Source: Squalus acanthias (taxonomy: Eukaryota). Taken from it: 64,000 nt of DNA. The notes under the pieces were generated by a model. The model made no database searches. It was not told where the DNA came from and saw only the letters and a list, made by a program, of their open reading frames with translations. The DNA is taken from assembly GCA_030390025.1 (NCBI GenBank), contig CM059432.1, positions 75,084,001-75,148,000 of the forward strand. The letters are read 5' to 3'. The translations under genes and the position numbers were made by a program. Positions 1-11,305 of the stretch are shown here, in pieces (position 1 is the stretch's first letter; the number at the start of each line of letters is the position of its first letter).

Positions 1-2006
1 TAGTTTGGAGGTGGAATATGGGTGGTCCAAGTTTTCTGTTAACTGCGATGGATCCCTCACCACACAGGTAATACTTGAACTGAAAGCTTAGGGGTTACGA
101 TGAGATTGTGAAATGCAAGTAATTAGTTATGCAAACATTTAAAAGCAAGGCACCTGAATGGATGTTTCATTTTAAAGTTGAGAAATTACTGTGTGTGGCT
201 AGAATATGTATTAATCACCAGGCCCCATCAGCACAACAGGAGATCAACCACAACATCATATAAAAGTTCTCCAGTTACAGAGCTGGGCCTGAATTTAGTT
301 GTTGAGAGAAAATTTACCTATTTGATAAAAATTTCAAAGTGACATTTCCTACAGACTTAAAATATAAATGACAGCATAGTATATAAAATAGCATTCATTG
401 CATGTAGCCAAATAAGCATAAAACTATGCACAGTACAAATCTGAATAAGTAGCTTAGGTTCCGTAAGGTTCACATTGTTTTGTACACAAGAGCTGCAGGT
501 AGCAATGAAGCTGAACTTGCATTTCTAAAACATTTTTAAACCAGTAAAATACTAAAGTATTTACATCTTCTGTTTAATGGTTACATTTGAGTCAAAGACC
601 ATGACTACATTTATTGTACCTACATAAAAAACTACAAAGACTCACGTAGGTAATTTTAGGAAATTTTATTGCTGACAAATGACATATCCAAAGACACAAT
701 GTTACATTAAACAGGTTTGCACCTACACTTTATGCAACAGAATAAAATTACATCAATTGCAAATGCAAGGTATTCATTCCTTTATGCCGACATGGCTTTT
801 GACAAGTTAAAACTGCTAGCTTAAAGTCAGTTAGTGCACATGTAAACTTTTGACTGTCAAGTCAGCTGTAGAAGAGCCGAGATCCTTGGCCAAAATGAAA
901 ATGCAATAGGTCATTAAAAGCGACCTTTGCTAACATTGCAGATTAGCAACTTCCCCGATGGGATTTTTAGTGAACCCATCTCAATTCCAAATATCACAAC
1001 CTTTCAAACTTTATGGCTTTTTAAATTTAATACATTGCTTTTAATAAAAATGTGAGTACCATACACTAAGATTATGTTTGTCCATTTTCAGCCACATGGC
1101 TATTTAAAAGGCATATAGACAACAACATATCACAGTTGATAGGTTTTATTGCTAAATCTGACCAACATTTATCACATTTATAATGAGAAATTTCGTTTAG
1201 CTTAAAAAAACACACTTCTTACTGAAAATAGTGTTACAGTTAAAATCTCCCTGCCATTTGTAACCACTTTATACAAACACCAGATTAAACACTCTTCACA
1301 CTGAGGTTCTGTAAGGTTCACTTTGCTTTTCACACATTAGCTACAAGTAGCACTCAAGCTGAATTTGCACTCAATTATAAAAAATCTTTTTCAAATCATT
1401 ACCCCCCCCCCCCAATAAAATTAAGTTAAACGTTTACAACTGTATCTCTGTTAAATGGTTACATTTTGTTCAAATAGAATCTTTAAATTTACTGCATCCA
1501 CTCATTGAAATGTCCGCTCTAATACTGGTTTATTAAAAATAAATCACATTTACACATTACTATGTCTTTCATTTTAATGTATATATTATCTTTGTGTAAC
1601 TTAACTCCTTAGTATTTGAGAGCAGACTTTGTTTGAGAACACACAGTAGACTGATTGGTATCACACTTCCCACTGAATACCTACCACTGCAGTCATTAGT
1701 ATCACATGATTAGTTTATACAGCAAGAACCTTGGCATTGTATCCTACAGAATTCATAAAAGCACACTGGATCTAAAATTGTTAAACTTAAAAAAACCACA
1801 CACACATACAACTTAAAAAAAAAACCTAATGTACTGATGGAAAAATATTCCACATATCCTTAGTGTGTTCCATCACATATCTTCGATCCCAGAGGTCCCA
1901 CACTAATAGTGATTGCTTTAAGAACAAAAATTAAATTTAAAAAAAAGGAATAGTAGTGGAATGTAGAGTGGCCTGGTCCAAATATTTTTGAAGTCTGTGT
2001 GATGAT
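1..2006 (-). other. ASPH: Putative 3'UTR of the short junctate/humbug-type ASPH isoform (distal end not defined)
   Basis: Follows the in-frame TAA at 2009-2007. AU-rich and free of recognisable transposons. Several minus-strand AATAAA hexamers (plus-strand TTTATT near 610, 665, 1145, 1529). Confidence 0.65.
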
Positions 2007-2014
2007 TTAAAGAT
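2007..2014 (-). CDS. ASPH: ASPH alternative terminal coding exon, (G)AT CTT TAA = D-L-stop
   Basis: Strong acceptor ttgtgttgttttacag, phase 1 like all upstream exons. Mammalian junctate/humbug ends ...EVPP-D-T-stop from an equivalent exon (recalled). Confidence 0.75.
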
Positions 2015-3263
2015 CTGTAAAACAACACAAATTTTTAATTAAAAGTCCTGACAGACAATAGTGGAATTGGCTGATAATTATAACTATTCTGCACCTTTAG
2101 ATAATTCTTCATTTTGTCGTGAATTCTGCAAGATGCTCTGCAGTTTTAAATCCTCAGTGATCAATTTCTCTTGTACTTGTATTACAGTATTTACAAAATT
2201 CCATCTGGAGCACCAATCAGATAAAAGCATTGGCTGAACCCTTCATTTTGCAGATCATTGCTCTAAAAAGCCACTTCATCAGGTACAGATCTGCAATCAT
2301 TTAAAGCAGCGGCGTGATTTTTTTCCTTCAACTAAATAGAATATAGTTTTTTTTAAAAACCAATCTCATGCTAGCAGCTATCATACAACAAACTTCACTG
2401 CTGGTTTACCATACTTCACAGACAGACCAGAATCAAGACAACTACATACTTACCTATATATAGAGTTGGTGACCTTCAGAATAGAATAGAAAGTTGCCGC
2501 TGTATTAAACATTGGCTTCAACCACAAATGATCCTAGCAAACTTCTCAGTTAACTAAAAAGCCTTTTATCTAATTAACCACCCCCCTCATTAAATGATTA
2601 CCATTTAGCAATTCATACTAAAAGCATCGAGAGTGGTGTTTATGGAAATCCCTCAAAGAGTAAAGTACTCTTAGAAAATAGATCTAAAAATATCTCAAAT
2701 TAAAAACAGGATTCATACCAACACAAGTTTAACACAATTTTGGACCTAAAAAGATTAGTTTGCATTTTTGTTTGGACACCACCTATAAACGCACGTATCC
2801 ATTTTTGGCACGGTACAAATTTTCCCTATATTACACGCAATGAAAGTTCTAAGAATACAATTACTTTTCATCCCCTAAATAAAAATTCAAATGAGAGAGG
2901 ATGCCATTGATAAGTTTGGTTATAATCTAAAAATGTGGATACAATTTCCAGCTCCTGGAATTTTAAGAACTAAAGAGACTGATCCAACAAAGACACTCAT
3001 GGATTTATTGTTTAATATCTTGGTTACACCGTTCTTTACGCTCAGGAACATTGGGATGTATAGGAATGGAAAAGACCATTCCAGTCCATCAGAGCAGCAA
3101 ATAATGGGGTAGATTTTCCTCTTGCTGTGTTTGGATGTAAAGGATTGACTGGGCAGAGTGCATAGAAAATGTGGCTGGTTCCAATATGGGCAATTGCTCC
3201 AACTCACCCAATTTTTTTTTATTATGCGATATGCCCAGGCAATCCTTTACGACTAAACTTAAT

Positions 3264-4031
3264 GGCCCAAAAATTCGGCCCTTCCCGCGTGAGTACACAG
3301 TACACAGTGTGTACGCACCCATATTGATTCCCGAAGTGCCGGTTTCCTGCATGCACTGCGCATGCGCGGGAAACTGGAACTTCCAGTATGGTAAAGGGGG
3401 CGGTTCCTAGGTGAACCGCGTGCGCGCTAGAGGCTGCGCACATGCAGCACACTTAGATTTTTTTTCAGGTTTCTACGCGAGGGTAAGTATTGAAGATACT
3501 ACGCTAATAAAAAGGAGGCGTAAGACCCCTTTTGAACAAGGTAAGTGGTTAATTAAGTATAATTTTAAATTTTTTCAACAGGTTTATCTTTTTTAGATAC
3601 TTTAAAGAAAGGTAAGTTTATTTTTATAACTTTTAAAAAGTATTTTAATTTTTTCAAAAATTTAAATTTTTGTTTAAAGTGGTTAATTTATTTAACTATA
3701 GTTATTTTATAAATGTGATGGTTTTTTAAAAAATTTATTTTAAGTTTAGCTGTTCTTTTGGGGCCGATTTCAATTCACAGATTTGACAGGTCCTGTCAAA
3801 TCTATGAATGAAAGATGGTCTGCTGCCATTGGCTCTCCATGGCCCACGTGATCCCAGGGGTCGCATCGCACTAACTACGCCCCTGGAACACGCACGCACT
3901 GCGCGCTGGCTCTTGGGAGAGGCCCAGGACCCGAAGTTCCCGTGGGCCCAAAACACAACAGCAGGCGCGGTGGGTAAGAGCGCGCGCGATCCTTACCCCC
4001 GCGGCAAGCCGGAGAGGCGAATTTCTGGGCC
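3264..4031. mobile_element. Non-autonomous TIR element (MITE-like, PIF/Harbinger-type), family A copy 1
   Basis: TIRs GGCCCAAAAATTCG / CGAATTTCTGGGCC, flanks AAT/ATT. GC-rich palindromic arms around an AT-rich core. Homologous to 30601-31354 and 35909-36623. Confidence 0.8.
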
Positions 4032-4639
4032 ATTGACGCAGATTTCTCTTTCCTTATGTACCAATCTCTCTCATAGCCCTCAATCGCCCCCATGTCAAAT
4101 ATCTATCCACTACCCTCTTGAGTTTACCAACATAAACATGGCACAACTTCATCATCTACAGTATAACCAAAACCACTGCAGATCCAAATTTTTAAACTTT
4201 AAATTTGGATTAAAAAAAACCTGATTGTCCACAGAACCATCTTTAAATTTCTAATGTTAGAAAAGAAAGACTTGTATAGTACTTCAGCACATCTTTGAGA
4301 AATCTCCCAAAGTCCTTCACAGACAATTAATTACTTTGAAGTGCAGTTTAGTTTGTGGTGATTCTCAACCGGTATCCTGTGTTTGATGGGAGAGAAGCTG
4401 GTTAATATGGGCCAGCTGCCTATTTGCAAGGAAAAAGTAGCATTCCCACGGAGATGCCTGCAGAACCCACCTGATTCAACATAGTTTAAGTACATCCCCT
4501 ATGCGTTGCTATCATTTTCAGAGTTTGCTATGACAACAGGTGAGCGCGGAATGAGGAGTGCAGCAGCTTTTAAAGGCCTGCCACACTTAAAGTGCTGCCG
4601 TTGAATATTTCCTGGAGCCTAATGTTGTGGCTAAGAACT

Positions 4640-4850
4640 GGTCAATCAAAAATGTGGATTTGCAACTGGAGTAGTTGCAGAGAAAGGTGAAATGTTTTGT
4701 TTGCAGAGGGAAACCCTCCTATCCCAGTCTTCGTGCAACAAGCATGGCAGGAATTGTCTAACTATGTTAATGCCACCTCCCTTGTCCATAGCTCATGGCA
4801 CCAAATGAGAAGTTTGTTTACTGGACTGAGGAAGGGTGCCAAAGGAGTGT
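4640..4850 (+). pseudogene. Decayed Myb/SANT-like DNA-binding ORF, probably from a PIF/Harbinger transposon
   Basis: Translation FAEGNPPIPVFVQQAWQELSNYVNATSLVHSSWHQMRSLFTGLRKGAK resembles the AW.E....VN..S...R.W.Q.R..F..L pattern of Myb/SANT-like domains. Upstream frameshift and stop. Confidence 0.5.
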
Positions 4851-5782
4851 TAACAAAAGTGGGACCACCAGGAGATGAATGCCTGTACTACGCATGCACC
4901 AAGTTACTGAGTCCACAGCATGTTACCACATTTGCACTGCAGTGGGGATAGCACTTGCCCCAACCCTCGCATCATAAGTATGTCTGTAAATCTGCAGCTG
5001 CAACTTGGTGGCAACCGAAGAGAAAGGTTTCCTTTGCCTCGCGTAACTATTGCATGTTTGCCACCAAGTCAATATGGCTCCCCAAACTACTTGCACGCTC
5101 TATACTCATCTTTCCACATCAGGTGGAATGTAGGCTGGTCAGGGGCGTGTCCCTCATTATATTCTAATACTAAAAGTTTGAATTTTATTAAAAGGAGGCT
5201 TCCCACAAATATGGAAAACCCACACTGGCGGCAAACCAATTAACCAACATCACCATACGCGCTTGAGCTGGCCCTCCAAATCATTGGGGTGGATGCCACA
5301 GAGCGGAGGAAAAAGTGGAGGGGTGAAGAGATCAGGGAGGGTAAAGGACATCCAATCAATGTGCCTATTCCTTGAAATAGATCTGGCGCCATAGACAAAG
5401 GCATCCTGGCTGCTGTCAGGGTATCGCAGTCAACTGCATTAAAATTTGCTCATGGAATTTGGCTGATGCTGGCAAGGTTGCATTAATGGCCATCGCTAGT
5501 TTCCCTAACAACGGAGTGGCTTGCTAGGCCACTTCAGAGGGCATTAAGAGTCAACTAACCCTAACCCTAGACAGGAGTCATAGTAGGGGTGGAGGGGTGT
5601 CAGGTCCCCCTCCTAAAAGACATTAATGAACCAGTTCAATTCTGACTTTGGGTGGTGTGGTAAAGAAAGGCAAAAAAGATGGAAAAAAATATAAAATGAT
5701 AAAGACTACACATGAAATTTAGAAGCCCTGTACTTGTGTTTTCACTGGAAAAACTCTGATACACCCGCGACCAACACACAAG

Positions 5783-6204
5783 TGAACGTGTATTTATACA
5801 GCGCCTTTAACGTAGTAAAATGTCACATGGTGCTTCACAGGAGTGTTATAAAACAAAATTTGACACTGAGCCACATAAGGAGAAATTAGGGCAGATGACA
5901 AAAGCTTGGCCAAAGAGGTAGGTTTTAAGGAGGGGGAAAGAGAGGTGGAGAGGTTTAGGGAAGAAATTCCAGAGCTTAGGGCCTAGGCAGTTGAAGGCAC
6001 GGCCACCAATGGTTGAGCGATTAAAATCAGGATGCTCAAGAGGCCAGAATTGGAGGAGCGCAGATATCTCGGAGTTGTGGGGCTGGAGGAGATTACAGAG
6101 ATAGGGAGGGGCGAGGCCATGGAGGGATTTGAAAACAAGGATGAGAATTTTGAAATCGAGGCGTTGCTTAACCGGGAGCCAATGTAGGTCAGCGAGCACA
6201 GGGG
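5783..6204 (-). mobile_element. L2 LINE 3' fragment
   Basis: LHWLPVKQRLDFKILILVFKSLHGLAPPYL...GGRAF..GPKLWN motif plus L2 3' tail. Confidence 0.9.
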
Positions 6205-7030
6205 TAAGTACTATAGGTTAGGAAGAGGCATTGGTTCCAATTTCTACTTGCTTACAGCTTATTCCTAAAATTGTTAATGAAATGTTCCATGGTTTTTGTC
6301 ACATTCAATTTTACTCAACATTTAGCTTTATAAATCTGAATTACATTTCAATTTAGTGAGAAAAATATATATATTACACAGTATAAGGAAACTTTAATAC
6401 CCAAGCCATTTATTATTCACATATATGATTCTACAAACAGCTTACAATAACAAACACGTATGCCTTTCATTAATGGTTAAGCATGAAGATCCTGAATTTA
6501 CTTTATTGCAAAAGATGCTTTCGTACAGAAGATTGACTGGTCGAATAAAATTGTAGGATTTAGCAGTGGCATACTTTCATTGGCAATGTTGGTACAATCA
6601 CCATCAGTAATTCAATTAAACTATTCTTAAGTAACCAGTACTTTTGCTATGCCACCAGATAGATCATATTAAAAGCAGACAGGTGGAGCCACACAGGGGC
6701 TGTAGATTTCAACTCAATTGCAGACAAATACGATTTGCGTGGCAGTGGGTGGTACAGTGACAAGTTCAATATATCAGATACTAGCCAATTGGAGGTAGGA
6801 AAGTTATAAAATTATAATTTAAAATTGAAATCAACACACTTTGTCGGAAGGAAGACATACTGCATGTTTAACAAGGGATACTATTCCTTCAGCATTTTAA
6901 CATGCTAGTTTTGTGAACAAAACTAGCATGTATCCTGATCACAAAGCAGTTTCACAATGACAAACTAAACTGTTGACCTTTAATAATTTCCTATTATGAC
7001 GTTTTCAGCAAAATCTGTAACCTCACTCTA

Positions 7031-9051
7031 GCATTACCATCAAGCCAGGGGACCAACCCTGGTTCAATAAGGAGTGTAGAAGAGCATGCCATGAGCAGCA
7101 CCAGGTGTACCTAAAAAAGCGGTGCCAACTTGGGAAAGCTGCAACACAGGACTACATACATGCTAAAAAGTGGAAGCAGCATGCTATAGACAGGAGCTAA
7201 GCGATCCCACAATCAACGGATCAAAGCTCTGCAGTCCTGCCACATCCAGTTGTGAATGGTGGTGGACCATTAAACAACTAAAGGGAGGAGGAGGCTCCAT
7301 GAATATCCCCATCCTCAATGATGGTGGAGCCCAGCACGCGAGTGCAAAAGTCAAAGGTGAAGCGTTTGCAACCATCTGCTGCCAGAAGAGCCGAGTGGAT
7401 GATCCATATCGGCCTCCTCCTGAGGTCCCCGCCACCACAGAAACCAATTTTCAGCCAATTCGATTCACTCCACGTGATATCAAGAAACGGCTGAGCGCAC
7501 TGGATACAGCAAAGGCTATGGGCCCCGACAACATTTCAGCTGTCGTGCTGAAGACTTGTGCTCCAGAACTAGCCGCGCCTCTAGCCAAGCTTTTCCAGTA
7601 TAGCTATAACACTGGCATCTATCTGACAATGTATAAAACTGCCCAGGTATGTCCTGTCCACAAAAGGCAGGACAAATCCAATCCGGCCAATTACTGCCCC
7701 ATCAGTCTACTTTCAATCATCAGCAAAGTGATGGAAGGTGTCATCGACAGTGCTATCAAGCAGCACTTACTCCCCAATAACCTGCTCACTGATGCCCAGT
7801 TGGGGTTCCGCCAGGACCACTAGGCCCCAGACCTCATTACAGCCTTGGTCCAAACATAAACAAAAGAGCTGAATTCCAGAGGTGAGGTGAAAGTGACTCC
7901 CTTGACATCAAGGAGCCCTCGTAAAACTGGTGTCAATGGGAATCGGGGGGAAAACTCTCCACTGGCTGGAGTCATACCTAGCGCAAAGGAAGATGGTTGT
8001 GGTGGTTGGAAGTCAATCATCACAGCCCCAGGACATTGCTGCAGGAGTTCCTCAGGGCGATGTCCTATGCCCAATCATCTTCAGCTGCTTCATCAATGAC
8101 CTTCCCTCCATCATAACATCAGAAGTGGGGATGTTCGCTGATGACTGCACAGTGTTCAGAGCCGTTCACAACTCCTCAGATAATGAAGCATTCCATGCTC
8201 GCATGCAGCAAGACCTGGACGACATTCAGACTTGGGCTGATAAGTGGCAGGTAACATTCGCGCCACACAAGTGCCAGGCAATGACTACCTCCAACAAGCG
8301 AGCGCCTAACCACCGCCCCATGACATTCAACGGCATAGCCATCGCCGAATCCCCCACTATCAATATCCGGGGGGGTGGGGGGGGGGGTCACCATTGACCA
8401 GAAACTTAACTGCACCAGCCACATAAATACTGTGGCAACAAGAGCAGGTCAGAGGCTGGGTATTCTGCAGCGAGTGTCTCACCTCCTAACTCCCCAAAGC
8501 CTTTCCACCATCTACAAGGCACAAGTCAGGAGAGTGATGGAATACTCTCCACATGCCTGGATGAGTGCAGCTCCAACAACACTCAAGAAGCTCGACATCA
8601 TCCAAGACAAAGCAGCCCACTTGATTGGCACCCCATCCACCACCTTAAACATTCACTTCCTCCACCACCAGCGTACCGCGGCTGCAATGTGTACCATCTA
8701 CAAGATGCACTGCAGCAAGTCACCAAAAGGCTTCTTCGACAGCACCTCCCAAACCCGCGACCTCTTCCACCTAGAAGGACAAGGGCAGCAGGCGCATGGA
8801 AACACCACCACCTCCAAGTTCCCCTCCAAGTGACACACATCCTGACTTGGAAGTATATCGCCGATCCTTCATCGTCGCTGGGTCAAACTCCTGGAACTCC
8901 CTCCCTAACAGCACTGTGGGAGTACCTTCACCACATGGACTGCAGCGGTTCAAGGCGGCGGCTCACCACCACCTTCGCAAGGGTAATTAGGGATGGGCAA
9001 TAAATGCTGGCCTTACCAGCGACGCTCACATCCCATGAACAAATTTTTTAA
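7031..9051 (+). mobile_element. 5'-truncated non-LTR retrotransposon (CR1/L2-group RT), frameshifted
   Basis: KAMGPDNI, NYCPISLLS, QLGFR, GVPQG and MFADD RT motifs in successive frames. 3' end shared with copies at 34868-35682 and 44803-45287. Confidence 0.9.
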
Positions 9052-10101
9052 AGTACATTCGAGCAGACTTCTGACAACTATTCTAGTGCCTACCCTTTAC
9101 TGCTTCTATGGCGTAGAATGCAGCTATTTCAAATGAATATGTCTCTTCTTGTGCTGCTGTTCTTATCTGATGCACGCACACAGACCAAGGCAAAAAAAAA
9201 ACAGTAAAGATTACTTTTCAGCAACTAACTGAACATAAAGACGTCATTTAGTTTAGATTTGCCAATATGAACATTTGAGCAGAAAAGTCATACAGAAATT
9301 GTTGAAAATCAAAGACAAGCAGTTTTGCGCCAGTTTGCAAACAACAAATAGAGTCAAGGTATACAACTTTAATCTAGGCAGGTCTGCCACCGTATTGAGG
9401 CCCACCTGCGTACAAGAGTTATAATAAGTAAGTTAGACGTAGTTTCTCCTATCCAGAGACCTAATAAAATGAAACCTATGGCATGAAAATAAAGCACAAC
9501 AGAGTTTGAATATTAAAGAACTGCATATAACTGAGCACACGGCTCATTCCAACAGTGAATGGCACTCTAATATGTTGTGCCACATATTTGTGGGACACAG
9601 ATTATGGTTTGTGACCCGAAATCTCTGCACCCATTTACAAAATTCAATGTAGGCAAACATTAAAATTAGAGAGTGGTATAATGCTCATAAATTATAAATT
9701 AAGACCTTAAGAAGCGCTACTCACATTATGGAAGCTGAGTCTAGGACAATATATCACTATAAAAATCACACAACTCTATCCCCTCCCCCAAAAGAAAAAA
9801 AAACATTTCAATGCGGGTAAATGTGTAAAATCTAGAAAAGTAGCCGAACTGAACCAGATTGCATTATTTTCCCATGCACGCACTTTCATCCTGTGGGAGA
9901 TAGAATGCTGTACAATTAACTACTCTAGTTAAACATTTCTAATATGAAAAATCCAAGCTGACACTAGGGATATGCTACAGACCACCAGGTCAGCACAAAG
10001 ACGACGACAGATAGGTCGGATATGAGAGAACAGGAAAGTTGTGTTAATGGGCGATTTCATAAATCAGGAAAACCCAAATGTGAAAGTCAGAATTTGTAAA
10101 T

Positions 10102-11272
10102 CATAGAACCACAGAAATTTATGGCACAGAAGGAAGCTATTCGACTCATCGTGCCAACCAAAAAAAGAGCTATCCAGACTAATCCCACTTTCCAGCTCTT
10201 GGTCCGTAGCCTTGTAGGTTACGGCACTTCAGGTGCATATCCAAGTACTTTTTAAACGTGATGAGCTTTTCTGCCTCTACCACCCTTTCAGGCAGTGAGT
10301 TCCAGACTCCCACCACCCTCTGGGTGAAAAAAGTTCTCAACTCCTCTAATCCTTCTACCCATTACTTTAAATCTATGCCCCCTGATTATTGGCCTCTCTG
10401 CTGGGGGAAATAGGTCCTGCCTATCCACTCTATCTAAGCCCCTCAATTTTATATACCTCAATCAAGTCTCCCCTCAGCCTCCTCTGTTCCAAAGAAAACA
10501 ACCCCAGCCTATCCAATCTTTCCTCATAGCTAAAATTCTCCAGTCCTGGCAACATCCTCGTAAATCTTCTCTGCGCCCTCTCTTGTGCAATCACATCTTT
10601 CCTGTAATGTGGTGACCAGAACTGTATATAGTAGAAGACGACGACATAGTACTCTAGCTGTGGCCTAACTAGTGTTTTATACAGTTCAAGCATAACCTGC
10701 CTGCTCTTATATTTTATGCCTCGGCTAATAAAGGAAAGTATCCTGTATGCCTTCTTAACCACCTTATCTAACGGTCCTGCTACCTTCAGGGATCTGTGGA
10801 CATGCACTCCAAGGTCCCTCTGTTCCTCTAAACTTCTCATTTATTGTGTATTCCCTTGCCTTGTTAGTCCTCCTCAAATGCATTACCTCACACTTCTCAA
10901 GACTGAATTCCATTTGCCACTTTTCTGCCCACCAGACCAGTCCATTGATATCTTCCTGCAGTCTACAGCTTTCTTCCTCACTATCAACCACACGGCCATT
11001 TTTTGTATCATCTGCAAACTTCTTAATCATGCCCCCTACATTGAAGTCTAAATCATTGATCTATACCACAAAAAGCAAGGGACCAAGTACTGAGCCCAGC
11101 GGAACCCCACTGGAAACAGCTTTCCAGTCACAAAAACATGTCAACCCTTAGCCTTTGCTTTCTGCCACTGAACCAATTTTTGATCAAACTTGCCACTTTC
11201 CCTTGGATCCCATGGGCTTTTACTTTTCTGACCAGTCTGCCATGTGGGACCTTGTCAAAGGCCATGCTGAAA
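10102..11272 (-). mobile_element. CR1 LINE 3' fragment (RT C-terminal part and 3'UTR)
   Basis: KFADDTK, WQMEF...KCEVMH, RDLGV, LVRPQLEY, FWSPHYRKD, RRLRGDLIEVYKI. Confidence 0.9.
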
Positions 11273-11305
11273 TGTAATGTATGACTGCTTCAAGACACAG
11301 TAGGT

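Noticed and set aside
5556..5569. TAACCCTAACCCTA telomere-like repeat
   Set aside because: Only two units, inside a decayed repeat fragment.
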